A stretch of 64,000 nucleotides of DNA from PVC group bacterium (GTDB lineage Bacteria; Omnitrophota; Gorgyraeia; B26-G9): assembly GCA_024231215.1 (NCBI GenBank), contig JAAEQR010000142.1, positions 36,593 to 100,592 on the forward strand. The letters are read 5' to 3'. Shown one piece after another: positions 9,066-18,327 of this stretch (position 1 is its first letter; each line of letters starts with the position of its first letter). Made by a program: the position numbers and the translations under genes. The notes under the pieces are model-generated. The model was not told the DNA's origin and ran no database searches. It saw nothing but the letters and a program-made list of their open reading frames with translations.

Positions 9066-10316
9066 GTGAACTGCAAACGAAATGATTTATTCATATTGAC
9101 TTATTGCTTAATAATATTATTGGCTTTCCAAGCAAACGTGTTGGGGTACGGACTTACTGGTGCAAAATGGGCGGAGAGTGATTTCCCGGTCTCTTATTAT
9201 ATAAATCAAAGCGGTTCTGCCGATATTAGTGATGATAGTGAACTTACTGCAATCCGAACTTCTTTTCAAACCTGGACGAATGTTGCTGGAACAGATGCCA
9301 CGGTATCCGATCAGGGATTAACCGCAATTGAAGGAGGTGCTGGATATTCTAGTACTTACGATAGCTATAATGTTCTTTCCTGGGCAGAAGCTACAGGCAC
9401 AGCTTATACCATTGTTGAAGGTGCTCTTGCGGTTTGTATAACCTGGTACAATGTCGGAGGGACAGGATATATCTATGATTCAGATATAATTTTTAATGGG
9501 GTTGATTATACATGGACAACCACCGCTGTAGGCGGCGCAATGGACGTGCAAAATATCGCTACACATGAAATAGGACATTTTTTTGGACTAGGCGACTTGT
9601 ATGATGCAGCTGATTCTGAGAAAACTATGTATGGATACGGCTCAGCTAATGAAACTAAAAAAAGAAATTTACATGAAGATGATGTTAATGGAATAGCTTA
9701 TTTATATCCTTATGCCGGAATCCTTAATTTTAGTGCTAATAGTATTGGCTTGGCCGATAGCAGCTGGAATGTCTTAAGTTGGACAAATCCCCAAAAATCC
9801 ACATTTACAAAAACAATGATACGTTATCGCACCGATGGAGTTTACCCCACAAGTATCATCGAAGGAACACTGCTGGTAGAAAGAGCCGGAACAGTAAGCG
9901 CAACAGAAACTTATAATCATACAAATGTCAAAGCCAACACGACATACTATTACACAGCTTTTGCTTATGATTCAGTAAACGGATATAGGGAGACAGGTAT
10001 AACAAGTAAAGAAAGCGCTACTGTTTTTGGTGGCGGTGGAACAAGCGGAACAAGTAATAGCGAACGAAGCGATTGTTTTATAGCGACAGCTTGTTATGGT
10101 GATTATCATGCGCGGGAAGTATTAATATTACGCAAATTCAGGGATACTTGTTTATCCAAGGTCCAATCAGGAAGACAGTTTATTCAATCTTATTACCTGG
10201 TAGGCCCACACTTGGCCACAATAATTAATAATAACCCTAGCTTAAAAGAATTTGTACGAGCATATTTACAGCCAATTGTTAATATGGCTGAGTATTTTAC
10301 CACAGGAGGGCGCTAA
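9066..10316 (+). CDS. Secreted zinc metalloprotease, metzincin-type (HExxHxxGxxD), with an FN3-like domain and a conserved Cys-containing C-terminal module
   Basis: GTG start with RBS GAGGAGG. Signal peptide present. Catalytic HEIGHFFGLGD and a Met-turn-like TMYGYG. FN3-like middle region. C-terminus SDCFIATACYGDYHAREVLILRKFRD. Confidence 0.8.
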   Translation: MNCKRNDLFILTYCLIILLAFQANVLGYGLTGAKWAESDFPVSYYINQSGSADISDDSELTAIRTSFQTWTNVAGTDATVSDQGLTAIEGGAGYSSTYDSYNVLSWAEATGTAYTIVEGALAVCITWYNVGGTGYIYDSDIIFNGVDYTWTTTAVGGAMDVQNIATHEIGHFFGLGDLYDAADSEKTMYGYGSANETKKRNLHEDDVNGIAYLYPYAGILNFSANSIGLADSSWNVLSWTNPQKSTFTKTMIRYRTDGVYPTSIIEGTLLVERAGTVSATETYNHTNVKANTTYYYTAFAYDSVNGYRETGITSKESATVFGGGGTSGTSNSERSDCFIATACYGDYHAREVLILRKFRDTCLSKVQSGRQFIQSYYLVGPHLATIINNNPSLKEFVRAYLQPIVNMAEYFTTGGR

Positions 10317-10318
10317 TA

Positions 10319-11287
10319 ATGTTGAACAAATTTGGGCTATATATTTTTCTAATAACACTTGTTATACTGTTATCTATCTCCAGCTGTTTTGCGGCTGAAG
10401 GAGGCACTAGGCCTATTTCTATGGGAGGAGCGTTTGTTGCTATGGCTGACGATGCGCATGCAGCAACCTGGAATCCTGCAGGCATGGCATGGCAGGAAGA
10501 CTTTGAACTGAGCTATTCCGCTATTCTTACCAATAGAGATAAGTATATCAGCGGTGATTTTATCACCGACGATTATTTTGTTATATGTTCTCCTTTGAAA
10601 TCAGGGTATAAGCAAAATTTTGAATCACGTGGGGCATTTGGCATTTATTATCAGACGAGTGGATATCAACAAAACAGTACTGATACAAGTATAACTCAAC
10701 CAGGTATTTCGTATGCCCGAACAATGTTTGAAGATAACTTTGCTATAGGTATTGGAGCTAGCTACTATGATTTTGAGGTTGGTATTCCCGGAGCTAGTGA
10801 TAATGATACAGCTTTAAGTTATAATCTCGGATTTCTATGGTATCTCAATGATAAGATAACTCTGGGCTGTTTATGGGAAAACCTTAATGAACCATCCTAT
10901 TCTATTTTGGGCCTGGATAATCGGCTAACAAGAATATGGCGTCCGGGTGTTGCTTATTATTTTGATGAAGATACTGTTGTATCATTGGATATTTATGATC
11001 TTACGGGTAATACTGAAGACAAGGGTAGTGATTTTAGCCAGGATATCCGCATTGGATTTGAACATTATATGAAAGAGGATTTTTCAATACGTTTTGGCGC
11101 ACACCATCCTAATTCTAGTGTTGATTCTAGTAAATACTATTCTTTTGGAATGGGTTGGCAGCGTTCAGACTTTCTCGGAATGTACGCAGTGAATTATTAT
11201 CTAGATTATGGGTTTATATACTGGACAGATGTTCCAGCAGGCATGGAAGATTATATCCATCAATTAGGAGTAACATTAAAATTCTAA
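10319..11287 (+). CDS. Outer-membrane beta-barrel protein with a FadL/TodX (PorV-like) N-terminal motif
   Basis: Signal peptide. GGAFVAMADDAHAATWNPAGMA resembles the FadL/OMPP1 family N-terminal motif. Alternating amphipathic strands. The terminal residue is an aromatic Phe (..VTLKF). Confidence 0.6.
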   Translation: MLNKFGLYIFLITLVILLSISSCFAAEGGTRPISMGGAFVAMADDAHAATWNPAGMAWQEDFELSYSAILTNRDKYISGDFITDDYFVICSPLKSGYKQNFESRGAFGIYYQTSGYQQNSTDTSITQPGISYARTMFEDNFAIGIGASYYDFEVGIPGASDNDTALSYNLGFLWYLNDKITLGCLWENLNEPSYSILGLDNRLTRIWRPGVAYYFDEDTVVSLDIYDLTGNTEDKGSDFSQDIRIGFEHYMKEDFSIRFGAHHPNSSVDSSKYYSFGMGWQRSDFLGMYAVNYYLDYGFIYWTDVPAGMEDYIHQLGVTLKF

Positions 11288-11289
11288 AA

Positions 11290-12084
11290 ATGAAGAAAAA
11301 AATTACTTCTATAATATGTTTTGTAGTCATAATCTTTAATGCAGCCTTTATTCTTTTTTGTGTAAATAAACTAGTTGGCATTCGACAGGATCGTGTGATT
11401 ATACGAAAAGAAATAGCAGAATTAGCACGAGAAGATCAACTGATACTTCCTTCTAGTAACCCAACTTTCCCTGAGGATATCTCCATAGATCAAAACAAAG
11501 TGCTTGTTAAGGCTACTGCTTCGTTAACCCCAGACATTCCATTAAAATTGCTTGGTATTATTCAAGGCTCAAAAAACAAAGCAGTTATTGAGCTAATTAA
11601 TGAGAAAACCAATGTCATTTATAGTGAAGGCGATAAAATAGGCAAAATTCTAATTCAGAAAATATTTAAAGATAAAGTATTATTAAATATTCATGGAAAC
11701 ATTTATACGCTTGCGTTTGAAAACAGCCTTCCAGTTGAAGGAGAATTAAAAGTCCGATATTTATCTGACAATGAATTGCTTTTAAATAAAAAAACTCTTA
11801 GCTCTCACGTCCTTGATTTTGCAGGTGAAGCTAATAAATTGAAAATATCAAAAGCTGTAAATAAACAGGGGAAGGGACTAAAAGTCAGTCATATTCCACA
11901 GGACGGTTTAATTAGAGAATTAGGTTTACGTAATGATGATGTAATTAGAACCATTAACGGGATGCAAGTTGATAGTGTTCCTAAAGTTCTGTTCATAATG
12001 AACAAGTTAAAATCAACCCGCCTTATAGAGCTGGGTATAATTAGAAATGACCTGCCTTTGATGATGAAATATCAACTAATATAA
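11290..12084 (+). CDS. PDZ-domain inner-membrane protein, GspC/PilP-like
   Basis: ATG at 11290 gives MKKKITSIICFVVIIFNAAFILF, a TM segment. C-terminal PDZ GLIRELGLRNDDVIRTINGMQVDSV. The track ORF start at 11155 overlaps the upstream gene and is probably a 5' over-extension. Confidence 0.6.
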   Translation: MKKKITSIICFVVIIFNAAFILFCVNKLVGIRQDRVIIRKEIAELAREDQLILPSSNPTFPEDISIDQNKVLVKATASLTPDIPLKLLGIIQGSKNKAVIELINEKTNVIYSEGDKIGKILIQKIFKDKVLLNIHGNIYTLAFENSLPVEGELKVRYLSDNELLLNKKTLSSHVLDFAGEANKLKISKAVNKQGKGLKVSHIPQDGLIRELGLRNDDVIRTINGMQVDSVPKVLFIMNKLKSTRLIELGIIRNDLPLMMKYQLI

Positions 12085-12201
12085 CCAGCCTCCAGCTTGA
12101 CATCTTTCTAAATATATGTTATAATTAATCCGAAGGTAAGTGTTTTTTTGCCATATAATTAAATACTTTTATAATTGACATAATAATGGGCGAGGGACAC
12201 C

Positions 12202-12390
12202 ATGAATAACAATAATCTTTTTATTCAGAGACGGTTTCAGGTGCAGAAAGATTCTGGTAGCGTTCATTTTATGGGATCTATCTATATTGCTTATTATTTC
12301 TATCTCAACAGTGAATTATATGTCTCTAAATATGCCTTATGCATAAAGTTTACGAAAAAGGAATCAGAACTTAAACAATTAATGAGCTAA
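12202..12390 (+). CDS. Small hypothetical ORF (62 aa), possibly non-coding
   Basis: ORF only, in a 550-bp intergenic gap. Followed by an intrinsic terminator at 12422-12448. Confidence 0.2.
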   Translation: MNNNNLFIQRRFQVQKDSGSVHFMGSIYIAYYFYLNSELYVSKYALCIKFTKKESELKQLMS

Positions 12391-12421
12391 CTTTATATAT
12401 TGCAATAGTTTTAATTTTTAA

Positions 12422-12448
12422 AGCTTCTCAAAAAGAGGAGCTTTTTTT
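12422..12448 (+). terminator. Rho-independent terminator
   Basis: AGCTTCTC-AAAAA-GAGGAGCT forms an 8-bp stem with one G-U pair, followed by T7. It abuts the -35 of the next promoter. Confidence 0.55.
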
Positions 12449-12449
12449 A

Positions 12450-12478
12450 TTGACATTTTTGCCCAATCCTAGTAAAAT
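12450..12478 (+). promoter_or_regulatory. Consensus sigma70-type promoter (TTGACA-17 nt-TAAAAT)
   Basis: -35 TTGACA at 12450-12455, a 17-nt spacer, and -10 TAAAAT at 12473-12478. The predicted TSS is about 12485. Confidence 0.6.
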
Positions 12479-12486
12479 TATACTCT

Positions 12487-12608
12487 AGCGTTGTTGCAAA
12501 ACGCATATCTACTGCGTTACGTGCTCGCTCGCTTGTGCGATGTACAAACGAGTACGTCTCCGCGCGTGTTCGCACAAGCCTTGCATAGATACATTTTGCA
12601 ACAACGCT
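12487..12608 (+). ncRNA. Candidate structured RNA, unclassified. Either an sRNA or a 5' leader element of the M16 peptidase gene. The rod-like nested-helix architecture resembles 6S RNA but is shorter.
   Basis: A 15-bp perfect closing helix pairs AGCGTTGTTGCAAAA (12487-12501) with TTTTGCAACAACGCT (12594-12608). A 10-bp inner helix pairs GCTTGTGCGA (12531-12540) with TCGCACAAGC (12570-12579). The internal loop is asymmetric, 29 nt versus 14 nt. Local GC is about 50% against about 30% in the flanks. It sits directly downstream of the consensus promoter. Confidence 0.45.
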
Positions 12609-12635
12609 AATTTATAGCTAGGAGTGTTTAAAAGT

Positions 12636-13922
12636 ATGTATAAAAGTTCTGTTTTACCGAGTGGTTTGCAAGTTATCAGCCTGACTGATAAGAGAGTAAG
12701 TTCTGTTTCGATTGGAATTTGGATAGGAGCTGGTAGTCGTTATGAATCTGCGAAAGAAAATGGGGTTTCTCATTTTCTGGAGCACCTTGTCTTTAAGGGA
12801 ACTAAAAAAAGAACCTATCGTCAGATAAAAGAGTCCATTGAAGGAGTCGGAGGAATTCTTAATGGATTCACGGCCGAAGAACTCACTTGCTATTTAGTGA
12901 AAGTTATTGCTGGACATATGGATACAGCAATAGATGTTTTAATGGATATTGTGGTTAATCCAAGGATAACCCTCAGAGACATAGAAAAAGAGCGGCATGT
13001 GGTCTTTGAGGAAATAAAAATGTACTATGATCTGCCTAGACACCTGGCTTACGATAAACTAGTGCAATTACTTTGGCCTGCGCATCCTTTAGGCCGAAAT
13101 ATCGCCGGAACCTTTGATACGTTAAAAAAAATGTCCAGAAAAGATATTCTCAGCTATAAAAAATCACATTATAGTTTGAAGAATATAGTTATTTCCGCTT
13201 GCGGAAATATTACTCACGAAGCTATTTTACAAAAGGTAAAAAAGTTTCTTCGTAATAATCCGATAGATGTTACGGCGAGAATAGATAAACCCGTGTATAA
13301 GCCTGTAAATTTCGCGCAAAAAGAAATGCAAACTTGTTTTTTGACTAAAGATATTGAACAAACCCATTGCTATTTAGGGGTACATGCTTTGCATCGAAAC
13401 GACCCCTTACGACACGCATTGACAATTCTTCACATTATTTTGGGAGCTAATATGTCAAGCCGCCTCTTCAATGAAATCCGGGAAAAGAAAGGACTGGCTT
13501 ATGATATTGGCACTGGCATAAAGCGTTTTAGTGATACCGGAGCTTTTGTAGTTCATGCTGGTGTTAAAAAAGAAAAAACAGAAGATACTCTGAGGGTTAT
13601 CCTTAAAGAACTAAAAAAAACTTGTCAGTACAAAGTAACTAGCGAAGAATTTACTAGAGCACGTGCGTATTATACAGGACAGATTCTTATGGGAATAGAA
13701 GATACCCTTGAGCATATGCTTTTCATGGGAGAATCGTTAATGATTGATGGTGCAATTAAAAACATAAAGCAGATCATTAGAGAAATTGAGAAAGTAAGAC
13801 CTGAGGATATACAAAAAGTTGCTAGATTAATATTTATAAAAAATAATATGAACTTGGCTGTTGTCGGTCCTTTGAAAAAAAGGCAGGCTAAAACAATCAA
13901 AACAATTCTGGATGGGTTTTAA
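12636..13922 (+). CDS. M16 family zinc peptidase (pitrilysin/insulinase-like)
   Basis: Inverted zinc motif HFLEHLVFKGT (HxxEH). ATG at 12636 with SD TAGGAGTG. The track start at 12624 is a GTG. Confidence 0.85.
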   Translation: MYKSSVLPSGLQVISLTDKRVSSVSIGIWIGAGSRYESAKENGVSHFLEHLVFKGTKKRTYRQIKESIEGVGGILNGFTAEELTCYLVKVIAGHMDTAIDVLMDIVVNPRITLRDIEKERHVVFEEIKMYYDLPRHLAYDKLVQLLWPAHPLGRNIAGTFDTLKKMSRKDILSYKKSHYSLKNIVISACGNITHEAILQKVKKFLRNNPIDVTARIDKPVYKPVNFAQKEMQTCFLTKDIEQTHCYLGVHALHRNDPLRHALTILHIILGANMSSRLFNEIREKKGLAYDIGTGIKRFSDTGAFVVHAGVKKEKTEDTLRVILKELKKTCQYKVTSEEFTRARAYYTGQILMGIEDTLEHMLFMGESLMIDGAIKNIKQIIREIEKVRPEDIQKVARLIFIKNNMNLAVVGPLKKRQAKTIKTILDGF

Positions 13923-13923
13923 T

Positions 13924-14574
13924 ATGAAAAAGAACAATATTCTTATTGCACCTTCTATTCTTTCGGCTGATTTTAGCCGACTAGGGGAAGAAGTATGTTT
14001 GATCGAAAAAGCTGGAGCTGATTTAATTCACGTTGATGTTATGGACGGTCATTTTGTACCTAATATAACAATTGGTCCATGTGTTATTTCAAAACTAAAG
14101 AACAGAACAAAGCTTCCGTTAGATGTTCATTTAATGATTAAAGACCCGTTGTTTTTTCTAAATGACTTTATTAAGGCAGGAAGCTCTATTATTACTGTGC
14201 ATAGTGAAGTCTGTACACTATCTGTACTAAAAAAAATTAAAAAAATCTTGACCAAAAATAAGGTTAAGATGGGAATATCAATCAATCCCGGGACACCTTT
14301 AAAGAAAATATCTGGGGCTTTAAAATTAGCAGATATGGTTTTAATAATGAGCGTGCATCCCGGTTTTGCGGGACAGTCTTTCATGGATTGTGTGATTCCT
14401 AAAATAAGCAAACTTCGGCAGGTATACAAAGGCGATATTGAAGTCGATGGCGGGATTACAAATAAAACCGCCCCTTTGGTGCTTAAACAGGGAGCCAATA
14501 TTCTGGTCGCCGGCTCATTTATTTTTTCCGCTAAAAACAAGAAAAAAGCTATAGAAAGTTTAAAAAATGCATGA
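13924..14574 (+). CDS. rpe: Ribulose-phosphate 3-epimerase
   Basis: IAPSILSADF and IHVDVMDGHFVPNITIGP motifs. Confidence 0.9.
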   Translation: MKKNNILIAPSILSADFSRLGEEVCLIEKAGADLIHVDVMDGHFVPNITIGPCVISKLKNRTKLPLDVHLMIKDPLFFLNDFIKAGSSIITVHSEVCTLSVLKKIKKILTKNKVKMGISINPGTPLKKISGALKLADMVLIMSVHPGFAGQSFMDCVIPKISKLRQVYKGDIEVDGGITNKTAPLVLKQGANILVAGSFIFSAKNKKKAIESLKNA

Positions 14575-15955
14575 TATTAAGTTTGGAACAGATGGATTCA
14601 GAGGTATAATTGCCGAAGATTTTACTTTTTTAAATGTAGCACTTATTGGAAAAGCTATTGCTTATTATATGCGCAAAACAAAAAGTAAAACATATCAAAA
14701 GGGGTTGATCGTTGGATATGATCGTCGGTTTTTATCGGATAAGTTTGCGCAATGTATTAGCAAGGAAATAAGTGATGACGGAGTACCGGTACTACTTACA
14801 GATACCCCGGTTTCTACTCCGGCGGTAAGTGCTTACATCCGTTCTGAAGGACTCCTTGGAGGTATTATTATTACAGCCAGTCATAATCCGCCAAATTTCA
14901 ACGGAATAAAAATAAAAAATGAATTTGGGGCATCCGCAGAAAAATTTGTAACAGAAGAACTAGAGAGGTATATATCTTCAAACAAAACATTAAAGACAAA
15001 AAAAGTAAAAGCAGCTAGTATTAAAAAAGTGAAAATAATATCACCGTATATTAAGAGTATAAAAAAATACTTGGATTTTGAGCTATTGAAAAAAAACCGG
15101 TTTAATGTCGTGGTTGATGCAATGCATGGGGTAGGGCAAGGACTTGTTGAGGAAACGCTTAAAAATACCGGGTGCAAAGTAACTAGTTTGAATTCTACTC
15201 ATGACCCTCTTTTTGGCGGAGTTAATCCAGAACCAATCGCTGTGAATTTACCAGGATTAATAACCTATGTGAGAACCAATCGCTGTGATTTGGGCATAGC
15301 TTTGGACGGGGACGGCGATCGCGTGGGAGCTATGTGCCCAGACGGAAGATTTATAAATTCACATTATGCTATTTGCCTTATACTTATACATTTAATAGAA
15401 AACAGAAAATGGACAGGTAGAGTATTGAAAAGTATCAATACCACAACCATGGTCGATAAAATCACCCAGCATTACAATTTAAAATTAGAAGAGGTTCCCG
15501 TCGGTTTCAAAAATATCGCCTCAGAGATGCTAAAAGGAGATGTGTTATTGGGGGGAGAAGAGTCCGGTGGAATAGGTTTTAAAAATTATATGCCGGAACG
15601 GGACGGTGTGCTTTCCGGACTATTACTGCTGGAAATGATGGCGTATCGCAAACAATCTATTTTAAAAATTATCCAGTACATCGAAAAACGTTTTGGCAAA
15701 TATGAATACTTGCGTCGTGACCTAAAACTTAAACGAAAATTATCGTTGTCAACGATTAAGCAGCCACGATCTATCATCAAGAAAAAAGTCGTAGATATTA
15801 AAACATATGATGGGATAAAATTCATACTTGAAGATGAAAGCTGGCTTATAATCAGAGCTTCTGGGACAGAACCAATTGTACGTATTTATGCTGAATCCGG
15901 CACGTTAGAACAAACCCGGAAACTTATTGATTTTGGATGTAGGCAAGTATTATGA
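14567..15955 (+). CDS. Phosphomannomutase/phosphoglucomutase family (alpha-D-phosphohexomutase)
   Basis: Active-site TASHNPP, metal-binding ALDGDGDR and sugar-binding GGEESGG motifs. Confidence 0.85.
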   Translation: MHDIKFGTDGFRGIIAEDFTFLNVALIGKAIAYYMRKTKSKTYQKGLIVGYDRRFLSDKFAQCISKEISDDGVPVLLTDTPVSTPAVSAYIRSEGLLGGIIITASHNPPNFNGIKIKNEFGASAEKFVTEELERYISSNKTLKTKKVKAASIKKVKIISPYIKSIKKYLDFELLKKNRFNVVVDAMHGVGQGLVEETLKNTGCKVTSLNSTHDPLFGGVNPEPIAVNLPGLITYVRTNRCDLGIALDGDGDRVGAMCPDGRFINSHYAICLILIHLIENRKWTGRVLKSINTTTMVDKITQHYNLKLEEVPVGFKNIASEMLKGDVLLGGEESGGIGFKNYMPERDGVLSGLLLLEMMAYRKQSILKIIQYIEKRFGKYEYLRRDLKLKRKLSLSTIKQPRSIIKKKVVDIKTYDGIKFILEDESWLIIRASGTEPIVRIYAESGTLEQTRKLIDFGCRQVL

Positions 15956-17742
15956 AAAAAGAATTCATTAGAAACTTCTGTGTTATTGCGCATATTGATC
16001 ATGGGAAATCTACTTTAGCCGACCGTCTGATTGAGCTTACCAAAACAGTCCAAGAAAGGGAAATGCATGAGCAGCTGCTTGATAGTATGGATCTGGAAAA
16101 GGAACGCGGAATTACAATTAAGGCCTCTGCAGTAAGAATGATTTATGAAGCGGCTGATGGAGAAAAATATCAATTAAATCTTATTGATACCCCGGGACAT
16201 GTTGATTTTAGTTATGAAGTTGCTAAATCCATTTCTGCCTGTGAAGGGGTTTTGCTATTAGTTGATGCCGCACAGGGAGTTGAAGCGCAAACCGTAGCGA
16301 ATTTTTATTTAGCGCTTGATCAGGATTTGAAAATAATTCCGGTTATTAATAAGATTGATTTAGCGCATGCTAATCCGGAAGTAATACAACATCAGATCCA
16401 GGATGTTCTTTTAGTCGATGAAGAACCGTTACTAGCCAGTGCAAAAACCGGAACTGGAATCCAAGAGATTATGGAAGCTGTAGTAACCAAAATCCCTCCA
16501 CCAAAAGGAGACAAAAAAAGCTCTTTACAGGCACTAATATTTGACTCTAAGTTTGATAATTATCGAGGAGTTATTGTATATGTGCGAATAGTAAATGGCA
16601 AGATTGAGCCTAAAATGAATGTAAAATTCATGGATTCAGGAAAAATTTACGAGGTTTTAGAGACTGGGATTTTCAACCCTCAGCCGCAAAAAGTAGATAG
16701 CCTTTCTTGTGGAGAAGTAGGTTATATTTGCTGCAACATAAAAGACCCCAAGGAAGTACTCATTGGAGATACTGTAACCACAGTTAAAAACTCAGCACAA
16801 GAACCACTGCCTGGATTCAAGAAAATTAGTCCGCTTGTATTCTGCGGACTTTATCCCGTCAATAGCAAGGATTTTGATGGGTTGCGCGATGCCTTAGATA
16901 AACTAAAACTCTCTGATGTTGGATTTATTTTTGAACAGGAGAGCAGTCCATCATTTGGATTTGGTTTTCGTTGTGGTTTTTTAGGTTTGTTGCATATGGA
17001 TATTATTCAAGAACGACTAGAAAGAGAATTTGAGCTTGATCTGGTAGCAACTACACCAAGTGTTGTCTATAAAATAATCTTAAATAACGGAGAAGAACTT
17101 GAAGTTGACAATCCTTCAAAATTTCCCGATCCGAGTAAAATAGCCTATATTGAAGAACCCTATATAAAAGCGTTTATGATTGTACCACATGATTCTTTAG
17201 GTTTGGTTATCAATCTTGCACAAGCAAAACGAGGTATTTATATTAGCAAAGAGTTTTTAGACCAACAACGCATGATGCTTACTTATGAAATGCCTTTATC
17301 TGAGGTCATTATTGATTTTTACGACAAGTTAAAATCTGTAACTCGCGGTTACGGATCTTTAGATTATGAACTTATAGATTATCGTGTGACAAAATTGCTA
17401 AAGCTGGATATATTAATCAACGGAGAATTGTGTGATGCGTTATCTTTTTTAGTCCATACTGAGGGTGTTCAATATAAGGGGCGGCAGGTAGTTAGTAAAT
17501 TGAAAGAACTCATTCCCCGTCAGCTTTTTGCTGTAGCTATCCAAGCAGCTATTGGTTCTCGAATTATTGCCCGAGAAACAGTGAGGGCCATGGGGAAAAA
17601 TGTTACAGCGAAATGTTACGGCGGCGATATTAGCAGAAAAAGAAAACTTTGGGAAAAACAAAAAATGGGCCGCAAAAGAATGAAACAATTTGGAAAAGTT
17701 CAGATTCCACAGGAAGCATTTAGAGCGGTCCTTAAAATCTAA
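15952..17742 (+). CDS. lepA: Translation elongation factor 4
   Basis: IRNFCVIAHIDHGKSTLADRL at the N-terminus. Full LepA domain order, ending with the conserved C-terminal GKNVTAKCYGGDISRKRKL. Confidence 0.95.
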   Translation: MKKEFIRNFCVIAHIDHGKSTLADRLIELTKTVQEREMHEQLLDSMDLEKERGITIKASAVRMIYEAADGEKYQLNLIDTPGHVDFSYEVAKSISACEGVLLLVDAAQGVEAQTVANFYLALDQDLKIIPVINKIDLAHANPEVIQHQIQDVLLVDEEPLLASAKTGTGIQEIMEAVVTKIPPPKGDKKSSLQALIFDSKFDNYRGVIVYVRIVNGKIEPKMNVKFMDSGKIYEVLETGIFNPQPQKVDSLSCGEVGYICCNIKDPKEVLIGDTVTTVKNSAQEPLPGFKKISPLVFCGLYPVNSKDFDGLRDALDKLKLSDVGFIFEQESSPSFGFGFRCGFLGLLHMDIIQERLEREFELDLVATTPSVVYKIILNNGEELEVDNPSKFPDPSKIAYIEEPYIKAFMIVPHDSLGLVINLAQAKRGIYISKEFLDQQRMMLTYEMPLSEVIIDFYDKLKSVTRGYGSLDYELIDYRVTKLLKLDILINGELCDALSFLVHTEGVQYKGRQVVSKLKELIPRQLFAVAIQAAIGSRIIARETVRAMGKNVTAKCYGGDISRKRKLWEKQKMGRKRMKQFGKVQIPQEAFRAVLKI

Positions 17743-17763
17743 CTGTAAACAAAGGATAAACCT

Positions 17764-18324
17764 ATGTATTTTAAATTAAAATCGTTTTTCCAGAAACATT
17801 GGCCAATTATTCGCGAGTACGGAGAATCTTTGCTTATAGCATTTGTATTGGCTATGATTATACGTACTTTTATTGTACAAGCATTTAAAATACCTACTGG
17901 ATCAATGATCCCTACTTTAATTGAGGGAGATAGAATATTAGTTAATAAGTTTATTTACAAATTTCGCGATCCGGAAAATGGAGAAGTAATTGTTTTTAAA
18001 TATCCGGAGGATCCTAAAATTGATTTTATTAAACGTCTGATTGCTTCGGAAAAAGAAACACTTGAGATAGAAAACGGAAGAATTTATTTGAACGGAGAAC
18101 AAACCAAAAACCCAAACATAAATGCACGTTTTTATTATAATCGAGGGCCTTACGGACAAATTGGACAAGCTATTGATATTCCTGAAGAAAACTATTATGT
18201 ACTCGGGGACAATAGTAAAAATAGCCGCGATTCACGATATTGGGGATTTGTGCCTAAAAAAAACATGGTCGGTAAAGCGATAGTTATATATTGGCCTCCG
18301 CACCGCATTAGGATTATTGAATAA
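17764..18324 (+). CDS. lepB: Signal peptidase I
   Basis: Catalytic-Ser region GSMIPTL, then GDRILVNKF and YYVLGDNSKNSRDSRYWGFVP. Confidence 0.9.
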   Translation: MYFKLKSFFQKHWPIIREYGESLLIAFVLAMIIRTFIVQAFKIPTGSMIPTLIEGDRILVNKFIYKFRDPENGEVIVFKYPEDPKIDFIKRLIASEKETLEIENGRIYLNGEQTKNPNINARFYYNRGPYGQIGQAIDIPEENYYVLGDNSKNSRDSRYWGFVPKKNMVGKAIVIYWPPHRIRIIE

Positions 18325-18327
18325 ACT

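Noticed and set aside
11155-11289. 5' extension of the PDZ-protein ORF overlapping the OMP gene
   Set aside because: The extension lies out of frame within the 3' end of the OMP gene. A proper Met-Lys-rich start with a TM helix begins at 11290, right after the OMP stop.
14127-14540. Minus-strand 137-aa ORF within rpe
   Set aside because: Fully antisense to a well-supported rpe gene.
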